Assembly: GCA_951406725.2 (NCBI GenBank)
Contig: OX597814.1
Coordinates: 69,626,001-69,690,000, forward strand
DNA length: 64,000 bases
DNA from: Octopus vulgaris
Lineage: Eukaryota
Reading direction: 5' to 3'
Part shown: piece by piece, positions 26,636-39,100 of the stretch
Numbering within the stretch: position 1 is the first letter of the stretch
Layout of the letters: each line of letters starts with the position of its first letter
Notes under the pieces: model-generated
The model's input: the letters and a program-made list of their open reading frames with translations, nothing else
Told to the model about the DNA's origin: nothing
Database searches by the model: none
Made by a program: the position numbers and the translations under genes

Positions 26636-28032
26636 AAAAGGTGTAGGTAGAAACTCTATAAGATGTACCCAGTGTAAGCTATGGACACATAAGAGGTGCA
26701 GCAATGTCAAAGGTAGGCTAACTGGGAAGATAGTTTTTGTATGTGGCAGGTGCTCTGGAGCATTGACCTCCGAAAATCTGCAGAAAACAACTTCTGTCAC
26801 TTTCCGGGGGGAAAAACTAGAAGTAGTTGATAGCTTCCGCTATCTAGGTGACCAAGTCAGTAGTGGGGGTGGGTGCGCTGAAAGTGTAACTGCTAGAATA
26901 AGAATAGCCTGGGCAAAGTTTAGGGAGCTCTTACCTCTGCTGGTGACTAAAGGCCTCTCGCTCAGAGTAAAAGGCAGACTGTATGATGCATGTGTACGAA
27001 CAGCTATGCTACATGGCAGTGAAACATGGGCCGTGACTGCTGAGGACATGCGTAAGCTCGTGAGGAACGAAGCCAGTATGCTCCGATGGATGTGTAATGT
27101 CAGTGTACTTACTCGACAGAGCGTTAGTACCTTGAGAGAAATGTTGTACCTAAGAAGCATCAGTTGTTGTGTGCAAGAGAGACGATTGCGCTGGTATGGT
27201 CATGTAGCGAGAATGGATGAAGATAGGTGTGTGAGAAAGTGCCAATCCCTAGCAGTTGAGGGAACCCGTGGAAGAGGTAGACCCAGGAAAACCTGGGACG
27301 AGGTGGTGAAGCACGACCTTCGGACGTTAGGTCTCACCATGGAAATGACTAGAGACCGAGACCTATGGAAGTATGCTGTGCGTGAGAAGACCCGGCAAGA
27401 CTAGTGAAGCCATAATCCGTGGCCCCTACCTGGGACGTAGTCAGTCCACCTGTGCATACCTTCCTTCTTGTGACACTTGTGAAGACCTGTTGAGGCAAGT
27501 GAGAATCGAATCGTATCGAATCAAATCGAACCAAATCAAAATAGATGAACATCAATGGAATTTGTATCCTTGTGGTACCAGTGCCGGTGGCACATAAGAA
27601 AACCATCCGAACGTGACCGTAGCCAGTACCGCAATGACTGGCCTCCGTGCTGAGGGCACGTAACAAACACCATCCGAGCGTGGCCGTCCGCCAGCTTCGT
27701 CTGGCACCTGTGTCGGTGACACATAAGAAAACACCATCCGAGCGTGGCCGTCTGCCAGCCTCGTCTGGCACCTGTGTCGGTGGCACATAAAAAACACCAT
27801 CCGAGCGTGGCCGTCTGCCAGCCTCGTCTGGCACCTGTGTCGGTGGCACATAAAATCACCCACTACACTCTCGGAGTGGTTGGCGTTAGGAAGGGCATCC
27901 AGCTGTAGAAACACTGCCACATCTGACTGGCCTGGTGCAGCCTTCGGGCTTCCCAGACCCCAGTTGAACCGTCCAACCCATGCTAGCATGGAAAGCGGAC
28001 GTTAAACGATGATGATGATGATGATGATGATG
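26636..28032 (+). mobile_element. Young 5'-truncated RTE LINE with 3'-UTR tandem array, in a TA/CA microsatellite
   Basis: Open ORF C-terminus ([25 protein letters not shown]) to stop at 27404; five 63-66-bp units at 27581-27860; (GAT)n tail. Confidence 0.93.
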
Positions 28033-28482
28033 ATATATATATATATACATATATATATATACATACACACACACACACACATGCCTGTATATATATACAT
28101 GAAGATATGTATTAGCATCAAACTAGTACAATTTGGTAGTTGGTTTCTCACCTATCTGTCTTCTGTTTTGTTTTTTTTTTTTTTTTTTTTTTTACATTTT
28201 AAACCATATACACACACATATGGAACGAAAACACTCAGCAATGATGTGTATAAATACAAACTTGTTACTAGTTCAAATATACTTAAGGCACATATATATA
28301 CTTAATGACAAGAAAGTCATTCACAGTATTTTGTTATGGAGAAACTTCCTTACTGTAGACGGATGGGTCTAAACACACCAAGTTGATTTGTGGTGCTCCC
28401 TAAACAGGCTGGTGGATAATGGGAATATAATAAGAGAAACCACTTTCTCTTGTCAGTTTTCAGCATCTATCTTTCTAGTTTC

Positions 28483-28528
28483 TGGTGCTGAAGAGGAGCT
28501 AACCACCCTGAAATGCATGCATTCACCA
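28483..28528 (+). ncRNA. Minimal type-I hammerhead ribozyme motif
   Basis: UGGUG-CUGAAGA-GG..CCU-GAAA-UGCAUGC-AUU-CACCA; 5-bp stem I, palindromic stem III. Confidence 0.72.
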
Positions 28529-28645
28529 ATCTATATACTCAAGTGATGGAAGGATATATGCAGGTGCTTTGCTGAAGAAGTGAATACAGGCTGGCAGAGA
28601 GAGAGAGAGGGGGGGAGAGGGGGACGGGGAGAGAGGGAGAGGGAT

Positions 28646-28682
<37 letters not shown>

Positions 28683-30339
28683 TGATGGAGAGAGAATGAT
28701 GTGAGGTCATAGTACAAGGTAAATATGAGAGACAGAAAAGATTAGAGGAACAGAAAAGGTGGATTTGTAGGTAAGTGTACTGAATAAGAATGGTGTGATA
28801 GACGATTAAAGATAGGGAATTTGTTGCATGCAAAGAATATCTGTTCAACAGAGGAGAAGTGAAAGAAGGAAATAGGGTAACACAGATAACTGAAGGAAGA
28901 GTGGGTGTTAGAATATGAGTTGAGGAAGGCTTCACAGAATGTAAATGATGAATGGTCTTCAAGTGCAGCATATCGTTATTCACCATGGTCCACCATCATC
29001 TCCTCTGTATGTAAAAGTTCAATGTGAGAAGTTACATATTATTTGCAGTTTTACACTAGAGTAGCCCTTCCTCAAATGTGCATCAAAAGGTGTGCTCTTG
29101 TCATGTGCTTGTGTCAAGTGTTGTACTTTGCTTATATCAGGAGGAAGAGGAGGAGTATGAAGTACCATGGTAATGAAACATGGGTCCTAAATGCAAAGGA
29201 CATGAAGACCAGAGAGTAATAAGACTAGTATGCTCTGTGGGCATGCATATACAACAAAGTGCTAGCATATTGGAAGAAAAGTTAGGTATAAGAAGAATTA
29301 GATGTAGTGTGCAAGAGAGAAGCTGGTTTGGTCATGTAATGCTGTAACGCATATACATGAGAAGAGTTGCTCAAGGAAGTCTCTGTAGGGTCATAGCTTT
29401 TCCCTTAAACTGCCAGACTTTAGACCTCTCTCTCATCTAATTCTTTTCCCCACTTCTTATGACCTGAACTGTTTCAAGTCTAAAGTAAATACATTCCTTT
29501 CCTCTTAATTTCTCCTTCTTCATAATCACACTAAGCAGCTTCTCACATTGTTTGAAGGTATATATTCACACACAAACATACAGTCACATGAATACCAGCA
29601 TCTATCTATATTGTCCATCTATATTGCAAGCGCACATAGATATTTACATGTACAAAGTCAGCTACATAGATACTCACACACACTTACAGGCTCCCAGATG
29701 GATATATACAATGTATATACACAACAGCTGACACATACAAAGTTAAAACATGCAAAAAGCAACAAACCTGTGTATACAAAATAGCAGGCACAAATTTATA
29801 AACTTAGAACAATTTTCTTTCCAGTATTAATATAATCTCCTAGGATTGAACAGTCAGGTATCTGATGAAATAGTACAGTAGCAAATTCTAAGGTACCAGT
29901 CTGTAGTGATTTGGGCCCCATGATCCAGGTTGCCTAATAGTGAAATCATATCCTAGGGAAAATTTTCCTGAATATATAGCTGCATCATATAAATAGTTCA
30001 TTAAAATCAACCTACAATCCAGAATCCAGATAGCTTTTGCTGAATGTAAATTGCACTACCCTTCATATGGAAAAGCAGTTTGTATTACCAACTAGAAAAT
30101 TGAATAATTATTAATATTCTTGTTATTCTGTAGTGGGAAATTCTAAAATTTAATAGTTCTTGATAATTCCTCTTCAAATCCAGTGAGGTGTTGGTTATGT
30201 GGTGTATAGCAAAAAGATCAGAATTCAGATATCGAGTCTTTTCCATCCATACTTCACTTACTATTTATACTCTACAATGGAAATAGACCTTGTAGAGTTT
30301 CTGTTCGAAACCTGAGTTTTCATAGGATATATATATGGA

Positions 30340-30845
30340 TGAGCACAGTTGCATAAAGAAGTACCCAGCTCTAATTGTGGAGGGTACCAGTGGAAGGGGC
30401 AGACCCAGGAAGATGTAGGATGAAGTGTTGAGAAAGGATCTTCAGATGCTGGGCCTCACTGAAGAAATGACAAGGGACCAGGAGATGTAGTGATTTGCTG
30501 TATTTGATAAGACACATCAAGCTAAGGAAAATTGCTGTCTTCCACACATACAAGCTTGTCCTTTCAGGTGCCAATGCCACCTAAAAAGCACCTATACCAG
30601 TGCTGCATAAATGTACCCATGCTAGTGCAGCATAAATGCACTTGTGCCAATGCTGCATAAATGTATCCATGCAGGTGCTGCATAAATGCACCCATGCCAG
30701 CAGTACATAAAAAGCACCCAGCACATTAAGTAGTTGGCATTAGGAAGAGTATCCAGCCATAGTCTGGACAGCTCGCTGCTAGCCAGCTCCATGTCAAACT
30801 GTCCAACTCATGCCATCACGGAAATTGGACGTTAGACCATGTTGA
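30340..30845 (+). mobile_element. Degenerate RTE 3' end
   Basis: GRGRPRK remnant, decayed ~28-bp units, ttggcattaggaagagtatccagcc. Confidence 0.65.
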
Positions 30846-30869
30846 TATACTCCATTATACCACTTTATA

Positions 30870-31112
30870 TAGTTTTGAATTCAGTTCCACTACCTGATAT
30901 CTTGGACAAGTATCTCCTATAGCCTCAGGTCAACCAAAGCATTATGAATGGATTTGATAGATGAGACCTTGTCTGGCCATGACAAAATATTATCTTGCTT
31001 AGAAAGAGGTGAGGGTTGGCAACAGAAACAGCATCTGGGCATAGAAAAGCTGTTTCAATAAATTCTGTCTGATCTATACAAGCATGGAAAAGTGGATGCT
31101 AAATGATGATGA
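30870..31112 (+). mobile_element. Degenerate SINE with RTE-like tail
   Basis: cttggacaagtatct CORE-like segment; agcatggaaaagtggatgctaaatgatgat tail. Confidence 0.6.
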
Positions 31113-31123
31113 CATATATATGG

Positions 31124-31171
<48 letters not shown>

Positions 31172-31224
31172 CATATATATATGGTATATATATATATGGT
31201 ATATATATATATATATATATATAT

Positions 31225-34200
31225 ATTGATAAAACGGTAAGATAACAAAAGAAAGAAAGAGACCTCAATATTATGTAAATAGAGGAAATTTATCTATACA
31301 ATATGTTACATTACTCGGTAGTCAAGATAAAACTCTGAGTTTCAGATGCCGAAGTGGAAATCCACAACACCATCTCTTCGGTTATCTGGCTATTTGAAAA
31401 CGTTATGAAAAAATACCGTTAAAAATGAAGGGAAATTACTCTGTTATAACTCTGCTTTGCCTGCGTACTTATACATCGCTCGCATTTTTCGTCATAAAAA
31501 TTATATAAAAATACATAAAAATATATAAAAATATATAAAAATATATAAAATCTTCTTGGGACATAACACAGAAAGCATGTTCTATCCGTTTTCTTTAGGG
31601 GACCAAAAACGTAACAGAAATTTAGTCACATGTGGGCATGATCCGAAAAGCTCTGTCCTTGTATTTAGACATGTGGTAGGGTCTAAGCTGCTTTTCCAGA
31701 TAAGCCATCTCTCCATGTCGCATAAACCGCACCTTCCGCTGCCGTTAGTATAGGGCTTACATCTGGCCAAAATCTTCCATTGTATGTTATAATCGACACC
31801 TTTATCTCTTAAAGACCAAATATGATTGGATAATTGTGTCGCTTTTCTTTTGTTCCAGTGCCTAAAGCTCAAAGTGTGGTTATTGAACCTGGCCTTGAAA
31901 TTACCCTCTGTCAGGCCCACGTATTTCTTCGTCGAAACGGTGTCTTTAGTGGTTATAGAGTTTACGGTAGCTTCATATATGATGGTCTTGGACATGCAAG
32001 CTCCATTTAGCGGGCACAATTCTTTATTCCTGCATGAACAGCTGTTTTCTTCTTGTGTTTTTTGTATGTTATGATTGATTATGTTTTTAAAATTGGTAGT
32101 TGAACTAAAACTAATTTTTAAATTGTGTCTATTGAAGAGTTTCCTATAAGCATGGTTAACTGGAAAATGTCTATCTATCAGTGCTAGGAAATATTTACCT
32201 ATATTGAAGGCCACCTCGGGCCTTCAATATAGGTAAATTATATATTCCTTTTCCTTATTGTTGGGCTGGTGATAGGTGTATATTTTATTATTTCGCTAAA
32301 ACCACTATCTTTTAAAGCTTTATTATAAACTGGGGCAACGCTATTGAAGATGTCCTCATTAGATGAGAGGCTAGAAATCCTCTTACTAATATTTTTAACT
32401 AAATTTTTGAATACTATAGGGGGATGGCATGAACCTACATTAATATAACTTAGTCTATCATTGGGCTTCCTATAAGGCTTATAAATATTATTATTAAGAT
32501 CTAAGGAAACGTCTAAGAAATTGACAACCGTCAGGTTAGTGTCTATAGTTATACTAAGTCCGAAGTGTTTCATTAACTGGATAATATCCTTCCTAAAACG
32601 ATCTTGTGCTGGTCCATTTGTAATTAGCTGTTAAGGCGAGGGCATCATCTTTGTAGATGGCGAAATGTACGTTAGGGAATGTCTTACCGAAGGTATCTAG
32701 GAGAAAGAGTCCAATTAGATCACAGATGCCTGCCCCATCATATGAACCCATGCTCACATTGAAAGCGCCCTCCGTGTCGGTGTTTTTTACCCACTTTGCA
32801 TTCTCACTGAAAAGTAATGTCTTTCTAGCATGGAAGATTACATCCTTATCATTGGTACTAATTTCTATGAAGTCACTAGCGAAGATTAGGGCTTTATCTA
32901 GCAGTTCTTTAGAGATAGAGGCATAAAAATCAACAATATCGAATTGTGTAAACCTCGCTTTTTTCTTATTCTTAATAGCTTTAAACCAGTCTACGACTTC
33001 TATACTATTGGACCATTGCACTAGCCTAGTATCGGTCTTAATTTTCGTATTTATTTTATCTAAAATTTCTTTGCTAATAATCCCTAGTTCTGACTTGGCT
33101 GGGTTGATAAGCCTACATTTAGGGTTGGAAAGGAAGTTTTCTTTGTGGTCTTTAATAGTAATAAAGGCCTCTTTTTGGGGGAGGGTTTCTATTTTTTTAT
33201 CTAATTTAAGTTTAGCGGCGATGACGCTAGCTTCTTTATTAATTTCGTTATATGTCTGTGCCCTAGCCTTAGTATAATTATTAATGATGCTGTTGTGTAA
33301 GAGTTGTGTGTATTTGCTGTTATCTACCAGGTATAAGTTCTTGGTTTTATCCGAAAAAAGTGCTTTTTTCTTGGAGCTTTTTATATGATCAATATCTATT
33401 TTCAATTTATGTTGGAAATTGTTAAAAGACTTCCGAAACTTTATTTTGCTCATGATCTTCAGCAGGTCCGCTTCGAAATCTTCCAAGCCTTTAATCCTAG
33501 GAGGGAATTTTTGGATTTTATCCGATAGCAAATGTTTTCCTTGGTGTTCGCTTCTGTGTCAAAAAAGAAAGCCTTCCATCTCATACGCTTAATTACATCA
33601 GTAATTTTTTGCAGAAGTTTCTTAGAGTAAAAATCCTTTGATGGGATCGGTATATTTTTCATAGAATAATCTATGTGATATGCGTCCATATTAGATTCTT
33701 TTGTTTGTGAGAGTCCTCAACCGATGTTAGGCGATAATCCCAAAAAGGTCGTATTAGCTCTTAGTTGAGAATAACGTCGTCCGGGAAGTGATTTATTGAT
33801 AAAACGGTAAGATAACAAAAGAAAGAAAGAGACCTCAATATTATGTAAATAGAGGAAATTTATCTATACAATATGTTACATTACATACGTGGGCCTGACA
33901 GAGGGTAATTTCAAGGCCAGGTTCAATAACCACACTTTGAGCTTTAGGCACTGGAACAAAAGAAAAGCGACACAATTATCCAATCATATTTGGTCTTTAA
34001 GAGATAAAGGTGTCGATTATAACATACAATGGAAGATTTTGGCCAGATGTAAGCCCTATACTAACGGCAGCGGAAGGTGCGGTTTATGCGACATGGAGAG
34101 ATGGCTTATCTGGAAAAGCAGCTTAGACCCTACCACATGTCTAAATACAAGGACAGAGCTTTTCGGATCATGCCCACATGTGACTAAATTTCTGTTACGT

Positions 34201-34515
34201 TTTTGGTCCCCTAAAGAAAACAGATAGAACATGCTTTCTGTGTTATGTCCCAAGAAGATTTTATATATTTTTATATATTTTTATATATTTTTATGTATTT
34301 TTATATAATTTTTATGACGAAAAATGCGAGCGATGTATAAGTACGCAGGCAAAGCAGAGTTATAACAGAGTAATTTCCCTTCATTTTTAACGGTATTTTT
34401 TCATAACGTTTTCAAATAGCCAGATAACCGAAGAGATGGTGTTGTGGATTTCCACTTCGGCATCTGAAACTCAGAGTTTTATCTTGACTACCGAGTAATG
34501 TAACATATTGTATAG

Positions 34516-34517
<2 letters not shown>
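31225..34517 (-). mobile_element. Near full-length Penelope-like element (RT + GIY-YIG; RWK motif suggests Hydra clade) with 90-bp direct and 633-bp inverted pLTR copies, in (TA)n
   Basis: ORF pieces 33689 to 31582: KRMRWKA, FDIVDFYASI, MGSYDG, YKDD, IIY..YVG, CGLC; 31225-31314 equals 33795-33884; 33885-34517 is the reverse complement of 31291-31924. Confidence 0.9.
34423..34483 (+). ncRNA. Hammerhead motif of PLE pLTR, core variant CCGAAGA (mirror copy on minus strand at 31326-31386)
   Basis: GAUAA-CCGAAGA-GAUG..CAUC-U-GAAA-CUCAGAG-UU-UUAUC. Confidence 0.6.
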
Positions 34518-34573
<56 letters not shown>

Positions 34574-34592
34574 ATATAAATGAATGCATGTA

Positions 34593-35010
34593 TAGGTGCA
34601 GGTGTGACTATGTAAATAAGATGCTTGCTTCCCAATCATAAGTTCAGTCCCACTGTATGTCACCTTGGGTAAGTGTCTTCAACTTTTCTGCTACAGCCCC
34701 AGGTGAACCAAACCTCAGTGAGTGGATGTGGTAGGTGGAAACAAAAGCAGCTCGTATATATGTATGTGTGTCTGTAAATGTGTACCTTAGTCTTGACATC
34801 ACATGATGGTTGTAAATGGGTATCACTGCCATACAAGTGATGTTATTTCCAGTCTCCCATGAAGAACATGTCAGATCATGGGGAAGTATTACCTTGCTTA
34901 GAAATAAGTGAGAGCTAGTGACAGGAAAGGACTCAGAACATAGAAAATCTGCCTCAACAAATTCCATCTGACTCATGCAAGTATAGAAAAATGAATGATA
35001 AATAATGATG
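34593..35010 (+). mobile_element. tRNA-derived SINE with RTE-like 3' tail
   Basis: ggtgcaggtgtgactatgt head, gttcagtcccactg, caccttgggtaagtgtc, gat-repeat tail. Confidence 0.7.
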
Positions 35011-35030
35011 ATATATACATATATATATAT

Positions 35031-35186
35031 GTTTCAGTCATTTGACTGCAGCCATGCAGGATCAACACCTTAAAGGATTTCTAGTCAAAGAAATCGACCC
35101 TAGGGCTTATTGTAAGCCTAGTACTTATTCTATTGGTCTCTTTTACTAAGCCACTAAGTTATGAAGACATAAACACACCAACATCA
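35031..35186 (-). mobile_element. OK-like SINE 3' fragment
   Basis: gtttcagtcatttgactgcagccatg..gtacttattctat. Confidence 0.7.
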
Positions 35187-35199
35187 CTAAAGTTAACTC

Positions 35200-35880
35200 T
35201 CTGAGAACATATGTCAGATCTCGATCTTCTGGCTGCCTCTTTAATCTGTGCCAATTTACTGCCAATTCAAAAGTTTTCCAGTCTCTTATTCATGACCTCC
35301 CTTATGCAGATGACTGTGACTTAGTCACTCATACAATGGATGACATGCAAATACTTATGAATCATATTTCTGCTTCTCAGCATTAACCTGGACAAGACTG
35401 TTGTAATGTTCCAGCCTGCACCAGGAAATCCATGTGGAACCAGCTATCTTGGTTGAAGGAACAATTCTGAAAGTGGTAGACAAGTTTGTCTACCTGGGTA
35501 GCACATTCAGCCATTCTTGCTCCCTGGATGATGAAATATCTTTCAGGCAACTGATTCCTTCTGGTCTCTTCAGTCTTGTGTCTGGTTTCAGTATGGCATC
35601 ACAATGAAAACAAAAATTGCTGTGTACCATGCATGTGTACAGACATTGCTCCTTTACTCATGTGAGAGATGGACCTTTTACAAACATCATGTAAGGATCC
35701 TTGAATGCTTTCATCTGAGATGTCTGAGATACATTCTGAATGTTGGCTGGACCATAAAAACTCCAGACATACAAGTCCTTAGGAAAGCCAATATCTTGAG
35801 TATTGAGGCAATGGTGCACAAGCACTAGTTACATTGGACTGAACACCTTATTAGAATGAAGGATAGCAGGATTGCACACA
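35200..35880 (+). mobile_element. RTE (BovB-like) RT fragment, same family as the 53.1-54.9 kb copy
   Basis: YADDCDL, KFVYLGS, LLYSCERW. Confidence 0.85.
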
Positions 35881-36383
35881 TCTTGCTGATGAGATTGTGT
35901 GTGAGTAATTGCTACAATTAAGAACTCCAATGAATCAGAAAATCCCAACAATTAGATCATTTAATTGATTATGGAAGGAATTTCAACCATGTTTTGTGGT
36001 CTGCTACCACAACAGCTCCTTTATAGGATCCAGTTAGCTCAAGACATCATCAGGAGGAACCACATCCAGTTTTGGCCCCTACTCCTCTACCATTTAAGTA
36101 ACAATTTTTTGAATAACGCAAAAAAAGTATGATAGCTTACTTGCTAATTATACTTCCATGTATAATTGAAATCACACTAACGTGATGGCAAAAGTTCATT
36201 CCACTTAAATAATGTATACTCAGTCATACACTTACAATACACTCAGCATATCATTTATTGTAACAGTGAACCACCAGTTCTAAGACAAAAACATATCTGT
36301 TTAAACATATACTTAGTTTTATATATAAACTCTAAATATTCTTGTTGCAGTTACTTTTTATTTCACACTTCTCACTACCTTAC

Positions 36384-36606
36384 CTCAATTTGTTGATGAA
36401 CATTTTCAGGCATTTCCTGATCATAGGTCTTCAGTAGCTCTATTGTTTCCTTCAAAGGTTCAAACATCATGTCAGTATCATCTTGTCGTTTATGGACAGC
36501 ATTCAGTTGTTCCATAACTGCCACTAACTGGTCATAGTCACCCTCTTCAACAGTTTTACCCAAGCCTTCATCAGCAATCTTAATAAATTCTTCAAGTTCG
36601 TTTAGA
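36384..36606 (-). CDS. Dynein heavy chain exon (SLNELEEF...HQQIE)
   Basis: ttgtag acceptor, GAG|gtaagg donor; 223 nt, phase 2 to 0; TDMMFEPLKETIELLKTY motif. Confidence 0.92.
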
Positions 36607-37011
36607 CTACAAATCAAATAAGGACAATCTGAGAATGAAAAACAAGTACATATTCCCCAACAAAATTGAAAAAGCATGTAAACTTTGATTGATTAGTTCA
36701 TAATCCCCTTGATTGATTGGTTCATAATCCCCTTGTTAAATCAATCAATATCTTCTGAGAAGAAAAGTTTTTCTATTGTATCTCATTTCTCTTTATTGCT
36801 TGGAATAATTAACAGGTTAATATAAAAATAAAGAAAACATATTTTCTCAGTTTCAATAGAATTATATAATACACCCACAAAACATGTAGTCTAATTATCT
36901 ACTTGATAAAACAAAAATAATATAAAAACATTTTCTTTTCCACAAAAATAATTATACATAATATTTCAATAAAAGATTTTCCATCACTCAGTCCTATCTT
37001 TCTTTACTTAC

Positions 37012-37181
37012 CTATTTATCACATGGTCAATCAAATATTGTTTAAACATAAAACTCCATTTCTTAATGATGTTTAGTAAGCCATACTTGAACGGTCGTAT
37101 ATCTACACGGAACCAATTGTCAAAAATCATGATCTTTTTTATACCTTTAGCCTCTTCATAAACCAGTTCAAATGTATCAAT
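37012..37181 (-). CDS. Dynein heavy chain exon (IDTFELVYEE...IDHVIN), absent from the ORF track
   Basis: ctttag acceptor, AG|gtaagt donor; 170 nt, phase 0 to 2; manual translation IDTFELVYEEAKGIKKIMIFDNWFRVDIRPFKYGLLNIIKKWSFMFKQYLIDHVIN. Confidence 0.92.
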
Positions 37182-37659
37182 CTAAAGAAAGGAGAGAAGA
37201 TAAAAAACTTATAACATTAGTATAATCTTATTCCTGTGGATGAATTGTTTCTCAGATTCTGATATGATCAAGGAAACAATAAGCCATACAATTCCATTCT
37301 AGTGAATTGTAAGGAAAACAAAAGTTTTTAAACCTTGCTTATCTCTGCTTTGGTCACCCACACTACAAAGTCTTCAATTATGTTAAAATAAGGTGAATAA
37401 CAATATAGAATAAAAATGTTTCAACTGTCACTTTGCTCACCACCAACATAAACCAATAATGTTTAAACACTACTTGATTGCCCATGTGATAATACAGTAG
37501 AAAAATATGTACTGCATACTCTCTGAATAGACTGCCATTCAGAGCATATGATTCTACTTTAGAATTTCAGCCAACAATTTCTATGCAGGTTAGGATAAGA
37601 GCACAATCATTGAAGTGTGAAGGTTGACCTCAAATAATTTAAAGGATATAGACCTTTAG

Positions 37660-39100
37660 CATCATCATCGTCATCATTTAACATCTGTTTTCCATGCTAG
37701 CATGGGTTGGACGGTTTGACCGGGGTCTGGGAAGCCATGAGGCTGCACCAGGCTCTAGTCTGATCTGGCAGTGATTCTCCAGCTGGATGCCCTTCCTAAT
37801 GCCAACCACTCTGTGAGTGTAGTGGGTGCTTTTTACTTGCCACTGGCACAGAGGCCAGAGGAAATAGGCGACGGCCTCAATTGGTTGGTGCTTTTTACAT
37901 GCCACCGGCACGGAAGCCAGTCAAGTGCTTTTTATGTGCCACTAGCATAGGTATCACAACTACAATTTCCATTTGATTTTCATTTTGATGTTGATGTACT
38001 TGACTCAATAGGTTTCCTCAAGCACAGCAGGTCACCCTATGATACAAGGTACTTTTGAATGGGCTGGGGCTGGTTATGCGAAACTAGTGTAGGATACAGC
38101 TGTGAACTCACTTTATTTGCTGGGTCTTTGCAGTCACAGCATATCTCCAGAGGTCCCGGTCTTTCATCATTGCTTCTGTGAGGCCCAACTTTCCAAGGTC
38201 ATGCTTGACCACCTCATCCCATGTCTTTCTGAGTCTACCTCTGACCTGGATTCCTTCAACTGTTTGGGAGTGGCACTTCTTCACACATCTCTCCTCATCC
38301 ATCCGCAGTACATGACCATACCAGTGCTAACATCTCTCTTGCATGCCACATCTGATGCTTCTCATGTCCAACATTTCTCTCAGGACACTTACACTCTGTC
38401 GTGTATGCACACTGACATGACTAACGGATCATGCTAGCTTCATTTCTTTCGAGCCTACGCATGTCCTCCATAGTCATGGCCCACATTTCACTGCCGTGAA
38501 GTATGGTAGTTTGCACACATACATCATACAATCTACCTTTCACTCTAAGCAAGAGGCCTTTTATCACCAGTAGGAGTAGAAGCTTTCTAAACTTTGCCCC
38601 GGCTATTCTTATTCTAGTGGTCACACTCTCTGAGCATCCACCCCCACTACTAACTTGGTACCTAGGTAGTGGAAGCCATCAACAACTTCTAGTTTCTCTC
38701 CCTGGAGTATGATGGAATCTGTTTTCTGAACATCTGTGGTGTTTATTGTTCCTGTGCATCTGCCACACATGAAAGCTATCATCTCAGTTAATCTTCCTTT
38801 GATGTTGCTGCACCTCTTATGTGTCCACAGCTTACACTGGGTACATCTTATGGAGTTTCTACCTACACCTTCTCTACAGATTGAGCAGAGCCACCTACCT
38901 GAGGGGGTGTGTGATGTGTTCGCCTTTCTACTTACTAGAACTTTGGTTTTTGCTACAGTGACTCTAAGGCCTTTTGATTCTAAACCTTGCTTCCACACCT
39001 GAAATTTCTTTTCTAGTTCTGGTAGTGATTCTGCTATAAGGGCCAGGTCATCAGCATAGAGGAACTCTCAGGGGCAACCTATCTTGAATTCTTCTGTTAT
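37660..39100 (-). mobile_element. 5'-truncated RTE LINE
   Basis: [29 protein letters not shown], 3' tail. Confidence 0.88.

Noticed and set aside
27581-27860. 63-66-bp periodic array resembling a CRISPR array
   Set aside because: The whole unit is repeated with no unique spacers; eukaryotic context, inside an RTE 3' UTR, no cas genes.
28700-29000. Possible minus-strand GIY-YIG remnant next to the 28483 hammerhead
   Set aside because: Similarity too weak, and it is on the opposite strand from the ribozyme.
29857-29897. GGUAU-CUGAUGA..CAAA..GUACC hammerhead-like string
   Set aside because: GAAA and the NUH triplet are missing; it may be a relic but was not counted.
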